Shown here: positions 48,878 to 60,405 of the stretch, piece after piece
How the letters are laid out: each line of letters begins with the position of its first letter
Numbering within the stretch: the first letter of the stretch is position 1
Source of the DNA: Entomortierella parvispora E1425
Taxonomy: Eukaryota > Fungi > Mortierellomycota
Direction: 5' to 3'
Assembly: GCA_020891255.1 (NCBI GenBank)
Contig: BQFW01000008.1
Coordinates: 1,736,001 to 1,800,000, forward strand
Length of the DNA stretch: 64,000 bases
Made by a program: the position numbers and the translations under genes
The notes under the pieces: model-generated
Seen by the model: the letters and a program-made list of their open reading frames with translations, nothing else
What the model was told of the DNA's origin: nothing
Databases searched by the model: none

Positions 48878-51800
48878 CTACACTTCGGTGTCCTCCTTTC
48901 GGCTCTTGATCGTCGCCTCGAGATGCTCGGCCTGAACCTGCAGCGTCTCCTTGCGTGCGTTTTCTACCTTTTGGATCTCCACAGGGACCCTCTGGGTGTA
49001 CTCTGGGCGCTCCGTCTTGGCTGTCAGCTTTTCAAGATCGGATCGTACACTGACCAACTTCTTTTCCAGTCTCAGGAGCTCTTGCTCTTTCTTTTTGATT
49101 CGAGAAAAGGCATTCGCATTCAAACTCGCTCGAAGCTCTTCGTCCGCTTGATGGTCCGCAATTGCCTTTTGAATTGCGGCCAGAGGTGTGTAGATCTTCA
49201 GTCGTGGTGAAATCACATGGGCGGCCGAACGTGGATCAACAGCAGACATTCCCTGGGCTCCATCGGTTGCACTGGACCCATCAATAAAGACCACCTTTCC
49301 TTGTGTGCGACCAAAATGTTCTAGGTAGTGCAGGTTCTTCTTCAAAGCGCCGTTTTCCGCTGTCAGCGATGGATCGTCAGACCAAATCGTGAAAGGCAAT
49401 GCCTTCGTCACTGGAGCCTGGTGACTCTGACGCATCGATCGGGTTGCTTGAATCACACTCAGTACTATCTCCATATGTTGCTCGGCCTCCTCATCCTTCC
49501 AAGACGCCAACTCTGTTTCCGAAGGGAATGAGGACACCATGATGGATGTCGATGCAGGCGCTGATTCAGGGAGCATCTTCTGCCAAAGCTCCTATGAGAC
49601 AAAAATAAGAAAGGGAGAGAGAGGGAGTATGAGATTCAGCAGCACTTTCCTCGGGCGATAAAATCTTTTAAAGATGATGAGTTTTGGATCTCATAGATGC
49701 GATTATCCTTACCTCTGTTACAAACGGCATGAACGGATGCATCATCCTCAACGACGCGTCAAATGATGTCTGGAGGGCCAAAAAGATACCAGGCTTCTGA
49801 GTACGGGAGGCTATGTCCCCAGAGTGCATGATCACCTTGGAGAACTCGACATAAACATCGCACAGATCCTGGATAATAAACTTGCGAACGATCTCGGTTG
49901 CCATCGAGGGCTCCAACTCTTCCATGCTAGCATTGAACTTTGAGACCGTTTCTGCCAATCTCGACAAGATGAATCGTTGAGGCAACGGCAACGGGTTCTG
50001 GGGGTCATTCCGGAGCTCATCCAGTCCTGCTGCAATCACAGATCCAGCGTGTACGGATGACTGATGAGAGCAGCCATACAGTCGCGTCCTGTAAAATTGC
50101 GACAAATTCCACAACTTATTAGCAAAGTGCTGGGCAGAAGTGACGTTGGAAAGATCCAGATTGATTTGTCGCGTTTGTTGAGTTGATGCGACCAATGCGT
50201 ATCGGAGGGCATCTGCACCACTGGCCTTGATTCCCCTGGGAAATTCCTTGTCCATAAGACTCTGCGAGCGTTTCACTTCTTTAGGAGCCAGGTTACCGCC
50301 TTCCAAAGTCGCCTTCAGGTCCTTGAGTGTAATGCCTTCAATGACATGGATTGGGTCAATGACATTACCGACAGACTTGCTCATCTTTCGGCCCTGTGCA
50401 TCCCGGACCATTGCATGGAACATAATATCCTTGAACGGGACTTCACCCGAGAGATGGGTACAGAGCATTACCATCCTGGCGACCCAGAAGAACATGATAT
50501 CCGTTCCTGTCTCAATCATGTTGGTGGGGTATCTCTCTGGAATCATTCCTCCAGCCGGAAGCTCCTTCCCAGTCCAACCAAGGGCAGAGAGAGGCAAAAG
50601 TCCGGAAGAGAACCAAGTGTCAAGAACATCTTCGTCCTGTACAACTCTATACTTTTGATCCTGCAAGCCCTTGTCCCGCAAGAACTGTTTGATCTGCTGG
50701 TGTGCGCTCTCTTCATCTTCAGCAACAAACCAAGGACCATCTCCAAACCCACCATCCAGGACTTCTGAGCTGCCAATTCCTTGTTCGAGCACGGGCTTAT
50801 ACGCTGGGATACGGTGGCCCCACCAAAGCTGTCGAGAGATGCACCAGTCTTGAATGTTTTCTAAAATGAAAATCGGACTCCCAGTTATTACACGTGAAAA
50901 ATTGACACAAAACTCCAAAGTTAGGAAATAGCATCCTACCTAACCAGCGATTCCAGTCTTTAAGAGCCGACTCTGAGTGAAAGACCAATTCGTTGTTGGC
51001 AGCACTCTCGAGAGCGCGTTGTGCGAGTCCTTCCGACTTGATATACCTGTAAACGACAATCATCAGTCAGGCGATTAGCCAAATGGGACGAGTCATCATG
51101 TACAAAGTGAAAACAACAACAGCTTCCAAAACATACCATTGAGGCATCACCATCGGTTCAATGACATCTCCTGATCGTGAACAGCGGGCTAGTCGCATGG
51201 CGTGATTTTCAGTCTTGCCTCTATAAAGGCCGAGTTCCTTGAGCTCGGCGATGATCTTGTCACGAGCATCAAATCTGTTCAGACGCTATTATTGAAAAAA
51301 AGATGGCGCTGTCAGTCGATAGCCCCACTGTTGTTGTAGTCATTTCTGTTTGTTCTTATATATTCATGTGACAGTACCTCATAGCTTTTTGCTCCGCAGT
51401 TGGCATTAAACTTTCCATCCTTGTCCAGAATATTAACTATCGGAAGGCCATGCCTCCGTCCACACGCATAGTCATTTGGGTCGTGTGCCGGTGTCACCTA
51501 GAAAATAATTGAAACTAGTCAAAGTCAGGCACAGGGTCACACTATAACAAGCTTTCAAAAGTTCCTCACTATACCTTGACCACACCAGTTCCAAACGCCA
51601 TGTCAACCAGCTCTGGATCGCAAATAATGGGCAGGCGTTTTCCAGAGATTGGGTGGATTACAAACTTTCCATGGAGATGTTTGTACCGCTCGTCATCTGG
51701 ATGAATCGCTACAGCCTCATCTCCGAGCATGGTTTCAATACGAGTTGTCGATACGACCAATTCCTGTGTAGGCTCGTTTTCAATTTTGTATGCAAAATCA

Positions 51801-52929
51801 TGCAAAACTCCAAACTCCACCCTAAGATAGGCAGAGAAAGATTCGATCCCAATGATGGTCAGAACGCGGTGTTGTCGGGAACGGTATGACTATCACAATT
51901 ACTACTCACTTCTTAAGTCGTCCAGGAACATTCAACATTGTCTTGCCTGGGATGTCCTCATGTTCGACTTCGATGTCAGAAATGACCGTTTCTAATGCAC
52001 AGCACCAGTTGACCAGTCTAGTATCGCGATAGACCAATCCATCCTTGAACAGTTGAATGAAGGCCGACTGAACAGCTTGAGTCCGAGTTTCGTCCAAGGT
52101 GAAAAAGCTCTGGTTCCAGTCCATAGACGCGCCTATACGCTTGAACTGCTCCGTGATCCTATCCCCATGCACGTTTTTCCAGTCCCAGATCTGATCGATA
52201 AAGGCCTCTCGTCCGAGGTCGTGGCGACTCTTTTTCAGCTCGCGCATCAGTTTCTTTTCAACGACGGTCTGAGTACTAATTCCAGCGTGATCCATGCCTG
52301 GGATCCAAGAAACACTCTCGCCTCTCATACGACGCCACCGGACAATGGAGTCTTGGATTGACGCTGTTAAGGCGTGCCCAATATGAAGGTATCCCGTTAC
52401 ATTCGGAGGCGGCGTGATCATGGTGAAATGCTTTGTGCCTTCCTCTCCTTTTCTATTAATGCCTGAGGTCCCCGATGCAACAACACGTGGAGCAAAAAAT
52501 CCTATTTGAGCATATTTGAGAACAGAAGTCAGAATCAGGATTCAATTGCTCAATGAATTGCGAGATCTACCAACGTGAATCTACAGCAATCAGTCCTACC
52601 TTGCGACTCCCACCACTCATACCAGCCAGACTCGACAGCAGTCTAGAAAAGAGCGTAATATGACCAGATCCAGAGAGAGTGCGCTTTCTAATTTAGTACG
52701 CGATCCCGGTGTACAACGTCAAGTAAACAGGACATTCGGTACTAACGGTATCATATTTCTCCAACTCGCGCTTTGGTTTCTGGGGCAGGGATCGAGCCCT
52801 TGCCACGTTGCTGGCCGAAGCCGAGGAAGTGCCCGAGGAGGCTATGGATCGTCTGAGTTGACAGAGCGGATGAATGCGTCTGCATGCTGACCGGTGTGCC
52901 AGTTGTCCGATTCCGATTGCCCGCTGCAT
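48878..52929 (-). CDS. VARS2: Valyl-tRNA synthetase, probably mitochondrial, multi-exon
   Basis: [15 protein letters not shown] (HIGH), [45 protein letters not shown] (KMSKS), C-terminal coiled coil; Arg-rich, acid-free N-terminal presequence. Confidence 0.95.
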
Positions 52930-53140
52930 GATTCTCCGAGTGGCTCCTGGTGCTTGCTCTCCTGCAGACTGGAATGGAAGGGACAGACAGTGATTCAATG
53001 CAAGGCCATTATTGCATGCATTGTGTTTGGACACGCCACCAAATCGGAAAACCACGCGAAGCGCCATTGTGTGACTGCATGATCTCGGATGAATGCGCGG
53101 CGGATGAGCAGGGAGATGCACCCCTTAAATGTGACTGTGC

Positions 53141-53190
53141 CGATGGATGAATTTTTCGGGTGATGCATCGCTCCCGAAATTCATCCATCG
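53141..53190. repeat. 50-bp near-perfect palindrome (inverted repeat)
   Basis: cgatggatgaattt-tt-cggg-tgatg|catcg-ct-cccg-aaattcatccatcg, centred on ATGCAT. Confidence 0.9.
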
Positions 53191-53796
53191 CTTTCTTTCC
53201 TTCCCATCCACCAAACATCCACGCTTCCCCTCCGCCTCCTATCCATCCGACCCAAGTTCCCAAGGTGAGTGCAGCTGTTGGTGGTCGTATTGAGTGCGCA
53301 AGACGGGCGCATGGGTATCTATGTAACGAGCGGGGCCGCAAGGCCTGGCTATTCCCTCCTTTTCGGTGCAGACTGATGCGCGAGGTGATGTGCCTGGCCT
53401 ATTTTTGGTCGGCAGTCCAGTCCTGACCAGCGCCACCCTTTTTAACTCCGCCGTTGGCCAGGGTGCAGTTTACCCTTGCTGCCTTTTAATCCCTTGCCAT
53501 TCTCTCGGGGATGGGAAGAGATGCCGGAGGATGGAGAGGGACCCCCTTGATGATGAGCTCAGATGATGAGCGCAACTAGGGATGGGCCGGTAGCCAGACA
53601 ACTCATCTGAACCCTGTTTAATATGAGGGTCATTAAAGTTGCGAAGTCATCAAAAAAAATGAAAGAGCGCGACAAGCAAACACCCTCACTTCACACATGT
53701 CCTCCCCAGACTTTCACAAGCTTGTGCTAACCGCTCTTTACTTCTTGTGCCCCAGGACGCGTTCTCTCACTCTCTCTTTGAACAGTCCCAACCAGC

Positions 53797-54958
53797 ATGG
53801 CCGACACTAACGTCGACATTGACTCTATCATCGAGCGCCTTCTTGAAGGTAAGGGACCGAAGGCCTAAACAACACGTCTCCTTGTCTGCCCTGGCAACGA
53901 ACTAACCCATCCTTGGTTTTCGTCTACTAGTCCGTGGCTCCCGTCCCGGCAAGCAGGTCCAACTCGGTGAACATGAAATCAAGTTCTTGTGCACAACTGC
54001 TCGTGAGATCTTCATGTCGCAACCCATCTTGCTTGAGCTCGAGGCCCCTATCAAGATTTGTGGTGACATTCACGGGCAATATTACGACTTGCTTCGCCTC
54101 TTTGAGTACGGTGGATTCCCCCCAGAGGCGAACTACCTGTTCCTTGGAGACTATGTCGATAGAGGCAAGCAATCGCTCGAGGTCATTTGCCTTTTGTTCG
54201 CGTACAAGATCAAGTACCCCGAGAACTTTTTCATCCTCCGTGGAAACCACGAGAGCGCAAGCACAAACCGTATCTACGGTTTCTATGACGAATGCAAGCG
54301 TCGCTACAACATCAAGTTGTGGAAGACTTTTACCGACTGCTTCAACTGCCTGCCCGTTGCCGCCATTGTGGACGAAAAGATCTTCTGTATGCACGGAGGT
54401 CTCTCTCCCGATCTTCTCAACATGGAGCAGATCCGTCGCGTGATGCGTCCCACCGATATCCCCGACACTGGTATGTCAACTGCCACGTTTTGTTTTTATA
54501 TGAATGCTATGCAAGTGATCGAAGCTTTGAGCTGACAAACTAGTTATTGTCTTCTAGGCTTGCTCTGCGATTTGCTGTGGTCAGATCCCGACAAGGAAAT
54601 CACTGGTTGGAGTGAAAACGATCGCGGAGTGTCCTTTACATTCGGACCAGATGTTGTCAGTCGATTTTTGCAAAAGCACGATATGGACTTGGTCTGCCGT
54701 GCCCATCAAGTTGTCGAGGACGGTTACGAGTTCTTTGCCAAGCGTCAACTGGTCACCTTGTTCTCGGCACCCAACTACTGCGGCGAGTTTGATAACGCCG
54801 GAGCGATGATGAGTGTGGACGAGACGCTGATGTGCTCTTTCCAGATCTTGAAGCCAGCAGAGAAGAAGCAAAAGTACACCTATGGAGCCTTGGGTGCAGG
54901 GAGGCCGGTGACCCCCCCACGCGGCAAGAAAAAGAAGGAGATGGCCAAGGTCACGTAG
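53797..54958 (+). CDS. GLC7: Protein phosphatase 1 catalytic subunit, copy A (introns 53849-53930, 54471-54557)
   Basis: [43 protein letters not shown]; C-terminal RPVTPPR. Confidence 0.97.
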
Positions 54959-55432
54959 ATGACTGTGTCAGTTCACCTTTTTTTTTGTATTCTTTTCTCA
55001 TTCCTGTCAATACCCCTTCCGATCCACAACCCCCGTGCGACCGAGTTCTATCCACATGGGTGCCACCATGTTGCACTCCACAATAAAAAGAAAAATAACA
55101 GTTGTACATAAGGATAAAGATACGCATACAATCGTCTCGGTGGTCTGGTGTGGATGCATGCCATGCAGGTGAGCCACGGTCAAGACGAGACAAGGAGCAC
55201 ACCCGCCCCTTAATCCACATAAGACATCGTATCCCTTTTGTGCCAGCCCGCGCTGTCTCTGTGATCAAAACTTTTTTTGCGCTCATTCCCTCTCTTGTTC
55301 GTTCCATCTCCACTCCATCCATCCATCTCGTCCGTCCGCTCGCGCCCCTTTCTCTCCTTTTCTCCCTCTTCCTGCCCTCCCTCCTCCCTCCCTCCTCCCT
55401 CCTCCACCCTCTACCGATTGCCGTTTCTCGCC

Positions 55433-57032
55433 ATGGCAGAGACCGCTGACGTTGACCTTGACTCGATCATCGAGAGACTGCTGGAAGGTAAATGGACGCC
55501 TCCGCGGTACTATTGCATCCCAATACCTCACGGGCTGTTGTCGCTGACAAGAATCAAGAAAGGAGGCTGGCTCCTTCTATCTTTCCATGGCTCTGCGTGT
55601 TCCATTCGATCCCAGTGCTCGCCTGAACCCAGGCCATGATCATTTTTTGCTGCTGCACGCCAACCCAACTTTGTGTTAATGATTGAACCGTGCTCATTAA
55701 TGCACTTGCACACACTGCACACTCATACTCACACGCAATTGTATTGACGCAAGGAATCAATTCGACTTACAAAATCATGTCTTTTTCTCTCTGTTATAAA
55801 CGTTTCTTCGATCAGTCCGTGGTTCCCGTCCAGGAAAGCAAGTGCAGCTTGGTGAACACGAGATCAAGTTTCTGTGTACGCAGGCACGCGAGATCTTTCT
55901 TGGCCAACCTATCCTTCTGGAGCTGGAGGCACCAATAAAGATTTGCGGTAAGTTGGTTGGGTCATGACCACGAAAATCAAGGAGGGAGAAAGCACGGTAG
56001 TGAGGAAGGGTCGACCCTTTTCTTCATATTATGAGCATGCCTTTTTTTGTTGTTTTTTTTTTCCTTTTTCCGCTTTCCTGTCTTTCTTTAGACGGCGTGG
56101 CCTGACCTTGTAGAAGGATTGCACTCCAACACTTTGTTATATCCGTAATTTCCTGTCATCATCCCTCATTATGCTGCAACGTGAGCTCATCGCAAAAAAA
56201 AATCTCTCTGTTTGCCTTGTCTGGCTGTATAGGTGATATTCACGGCCAATACTATGACCTGTTGCGCCTTTTCGAGTATGGTGGATTCCCCCCAGAGGCC
56301 AACTACCTGTTCCTTGGCGACTATGTAGATCGTGGCAAGCAATCTTTGGAGACAATTTGCTTGTTGCTGGCTTACAAGATCAAGTACCCCGAAAACTTCT
56401 TCATTCTTCGTGGAAACCACGAGTGTGCAAGCATCAACCGTATCTATGGATTCTACGATGAGTGCAAGCGCCGTTACAACATTAAGCTCTGGAAGACTTT
56501 TACCGACTGCTTCAACTGCTTGCCTGTGGCCGCCATTATCGACGAGAAGATCATCTGCATGCACGGAGGTCTTTCACCTGACTTGCTGAACATGGAGCAG
56601 ATCCGCCGTGTGATGCGTCCTACTGATGTACCGGATACAGGATTGCTTTGCGATTTGTTGTGGTCTGATCCCGACAAGGATATTACGGGCTGGAGCGAGA
56701 ACGATCGTGGAGTGTCCTTTACATTCGGACCAGATGTTGTCAGTCGATTTTTGCAAAAGCACGATATGGACTTGGTCTGCCGTGCCCATCAAGTTGTCGA
56801 GGATGGATACGAGTTCTTTGCCAAGCGTCAACTGGTCACCTTGTTCTCGGCACCCAACTACTGCGGCGAGTTTGATAACGCAGGAGCGATGATGAGTGTG
56901 GACGAGACATTGATGTGCTCTTTCCAGATCTTGAAGCCAGCAGAGAAGAAGCAAAAGTACTCCTATGGTGGACTTGGAGGAGCCTCCGCTCCCCGTGGAA
57001 AGAAAAAGAAGGAGATGGCCAAGGTCTCGTAG
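55433..57032 (+). CDS. GLC7: Protein phosphatase 1 catalytic subunit, copy B (introns 55488-55815, 55948-56232)
   Basis: Same PPP motifs with canonical [15 protein letters not shown]; the C-terminus lacks TPP. Confidence 0.97.
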
Positions 57033-57463
57033 ATATCTTTTCTTGTTTTGTAGTTGCTGTAGCCCTAAACCCTTACCAGACTACCTTGTTCTTTTTTTTT
57101 TAAATTCTTTACCCACCCCACCCCACCCCTCTTCACATAACTCCATCGATACTTGAATACAAAGTAACGCCAGCTTTTTTTTTTCGGATGAAGAGATCAC
57201 CCACAGTCTCTCATAGAGGTGGTTTCCACTTGTCGGACCAGTCCTCCCACACCCCTATCAACGAGGACCAATCCCTTTCCATCCCTCCAGAAGTGTCGTT
57301 CACCGCTTTCAGTAGCGACTGAAAGATGCTGAACTCTTTCAAACAACCCTCCTCGCTCAAACGTCAATGATTGCAGCAGGCGCGTCTCCTACGACCGCAG
57401 AGGGTGGTACGTTCTTTGTGACAAACACTACCTTCCAGAACGGTGACTCCGCGGCCGATCTCG

Positions 57464-57479
57464 CCCCCCCCCCCCCCCC
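57464..57479 (+). repeat. Poly(C) homopolymer of about 16 nt
   Basis: Run of C in lines 57421-57480. Confidence 0.85.
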
Positions 57480-58266
57480 GGATACATCAGTGTCCCACCC
57501 TTGATCTAACAACCATCCTCGATGTTGATGGGTTGCCCAAAGTCTACATTGTAGTCTGGATGTCTCAGAAACGGGTTCAAGGGATGAGTGGCCCCCCAAA
57601 GAGTCAATAGCGAGGTTCGATCTTTGTCCTGGAACCATGGCACAATAGTCCTGACCGAGAATGAGGTTGCTTTGCTTTTAGAGGAGGAACGGCACCATTT
57701 TGTTTGAACGCGTCATGATCAGGTAGCTAGTTCTTCCCCGTTAACAAGGCAAGCCCAAGCATTCCCCCGATGTCTGGTTCCTTGACTAGAGTCTCATAGG
57801 TACCTTCTTTCCTCTGTTTGAATCTTGCCCGTGTAAGGTCGTGGTGCATTGTCCATGGCATTAAAGAGTGCCGATCATTAGCCTTGTTGACGATCCTAGA
57901 CCAAAACGGACCTAACCCATCATACATTTTGGTCGCTAGTAGCCGATCCTTGTGGTCTCGACGAGACGAGACCGCACATTCTGGGACAACCCAGCTGAAG
58001 GATATCGATGCTGTCAATAGACGTCAGGGGATCAAGACTGCCTGGAGGTGCAGGGGTTGGTTGTGCTGGTTTTTGGGGACGAATGAGAAGAGAGGTGAGG
58101 TGGAAAAGTTTACTGCCCATGCAACACCCATGCACAACCGACAGGGGCCATCCTTCACACCCGTGACATGCGTCCGCTTCAGACAGAACATTCTCACGCA
58201 CAGGGATCTTTTTTTGTGATTCAATATACATTTTTTTTTTTATTGTCGCGCGTTCATTCGCATTCT

Positions 58267-59519
58267 TTACTTCTCGGTGTAAGTGGTCTTGTTGTCCTTT
58301 GTGACAATCTCCACGAGCTTGCCAGAGTTGACAGACTTGCTCTTGGAAGCCCAAGCGTACAAGGTCCTAAAAGGCAAAAAGAAAAAGAAAACATATCATC
58401 AGAAAGTGTTCACAGCCATATTGAGCCGACAATTGAGCCGATTCAGTTGAAATCCTTTGTCATGCTATATCCACGTACTCGGCAACCTCGGAGCAAGGAG
58501 TCCAGGAGCTGAAATCGGCGCTGGGCATGCCGGAGCGGTTCATGGGCGTGTCCAGGGTGACGCTAGAAAAAGAAATAGCCATGACAAATCAGCAATTAGG
58601 ACCATCAAAAGGTCAAACATGCAAGCATTCTGTACACGATAAAATGTACAAGTTGGACTTACGGGAGAATGGCGTTCACCTTGGCATCGGCTGGGAGACC
58701 AGAGTCAGGGCCGGCCAAACTAGCGACCAACTGGTGGACGGCAGCCTTGGCCATACCGTAGCCGATCATGAAGGGAGTTCCCTTCTGGGCAGGGTAAGCT
58801 CCGGTCAAGGTCAACAAACCGCCACTGTTGAAAAAAAAAAAAAAAAAAAGAATCGCGCACGCGTTCAGAGCGTTAGTTCTACAGGCGAAAAAGATCGTAA
58901 ACACACTCAGGTCCTGTTCAACAACGACAACATTACGCCTTCAAGGACTTGGAAGCCAAGTGGGCGGCAACCAAGGAAGAGTGGACGGACTGCTTCCACA
59001 TCAACTCGGAGTTGGCAAAAAGCTCTAGAATATTGATGATACACATGAAGAATTTATCGGCGTTGGTGTGTGAGATCACTGAGAGTTTGTTGGTCATTCT
59101 CCACATGCAGGCTCTCCTGTTGTCTGGCTGTATTCCTTACCAGGGGAGGCAGCGTTTCCACCAGCCCATCCTCCGGCAACACAGACGATGGCATCAACGG
59201 GCTCCTTGACTTCGTTGACCACGCGCTTTCCCTGCTCCTCCAAAGAGTCGTTCTTCACCAACAAGATGTTGCTGGTGGCCTCCTGGTTGGGGAAAAAGTC
59301 GACCGAGATGACAGACTAGATGAGGTTGAAAAAAATACAAAAGAAAAAAGAGACAACAGGTGTTAGAAGGTCCATTGGGGGTGTGAGGAGTTGGCGTGGG
59401 AATCTTGCGACAAATGAGACACGGCAAAAGTAACTTGCCCATTTCTTTGCGATGAAGGCAGAGACGATGGCGCGTCCAAGAGCGCCGGATCCACCATAGA
59501 CGACGATTGAGGAGATCAT
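58267..59519 (-). CDS. QDPR: Dihydropteridine reductase (SDR family), multi-exon
   Basis: YGGSGALG Rossmann motif, [27 protein letters not shown] (YxxxK), AILP|[22 protein letters not shown]; last exon [32 protein letters not shown]. Confidence 0.93.
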
Positions 59520-59870
59520 GATTGTAATGTGAATGTGAGGGGGGAGGAGAATGAGAAGATTATTGAAGAATGAGAAGCGAACAAAGCAAAAAACGGCAAA
59601 AAGGGAGGGAAAGAGACCGAGCCTGGGAAAAAAACCCCGTGTCTAGACTTGGTTTGGTGGCAATTTGCAGATCGGGGTCCTTTTGCTCCTTTTGTCGCTC
59701 CCTTTGTACGCCCGGTCTATCCAAGGGTGTCTGCAGATACAGAGAAGGGGAGGAAGAGGAGAGTGACCATGGTGTCCTACTACAGCACAGTACGTCAAGA
59801 GGCGAATGGTAGGGCTAATGGCTGGGTCTAGAGAAAGGCAGACAGGAGCTCCGAAGACGTCGACAGGCAG

Positions 59871-60269
59871 ACGACACGACACGACACGACACGACACGAC
59901 TGCCATTGCTGTTTTGTTTACATACAAACAGAGTGTTGTTTTGGTGGCGGGATGTGAATCATCCTCACTCACTCACTCACTCACTCACTCACTCACTCAG
60001 CGAGAGAGACTCTTTTCTGCCCATCCATACGGAGATTGAACATGCCTCCCCGCAAAATATCGATTGCCTTTTCGGGGCTGTTTCCTCTGTCTGATCTGAG
60101 AAGGAAATCAGACGGACGAACCAGACGGCATTGGCGGGCGGGGAGAAAGCGTCTTCTTATCTGGGGTAAGTAATCGATGGGATGACTCGAGGTAGGTGGC
60201 AGGAGAGTGTGGGTGAGAGTGAGAGTGAGAGTGAGAGTAGTGAGAGTAGTGAGAGTAGTGAGAGTGAGA
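59871..60269. repeat. Microsatellite cluster: (ACGAC)6 59871-59900, (CTCA)9 59964-59999, (GTGAGA)/(GTGAGAGTA)n 60213-60269
   Basis: Read directly from the QDPR-ADE6 intergenic region. Confidence 0.92.
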
Positions 60270-60405
60270 AGAGTAAGACGAGGCAGAAGAAGCAAGAACA
60301 AGCACGAAGATAGATAGACAGCCACCACTCCAACCTGGCGGGCAAAGGGAACAACAACTTTTAGCTCGGATCACACTCTGCCCCTTGACTTCTTGACTTT
60401 GACTC
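60183..60405 (+). promoter_or_regulatory. Candidate Gcn4/Bas1-type TGACTC sites upstream of ADE6
   Basis: TGACTC at 60183-60188 and 60400-60405, with TGACTT at 60386 and 60394; function inferred only from yeast ADE gene regulation. Confidence 0.3.

Noticed and set aside
53545-53612. ATGATGA ... CTGA resembling a C/D-box snoRNA
   Set aside because: No terminal stem flanks the boxes, no recognisable rRNA-complementary guide, and the setting is intergenic; likely a chance short inverted repeat
57306-57325. ctttcagt-agcg-actgaaag 8-bp hairpin downstream of PP1 copy B
   Set aside because: Too short to exceed chance in 64 kb, and rho-independent terminators are not relevant in a eukaryote
57600-57630. 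GGTTCGAT resembling a tRNA T-loop (also near 1046, 20881, 28868)
   Set aside because: No closing G53-C61 pair, T-stem, acceptor stem or D-arm can be formed
57357-58250. Possible coding relic between PP1-B and QDPR
   Set aside because: Stops occur in all frames with no sustained protein-like segment or family motif that I could recognise
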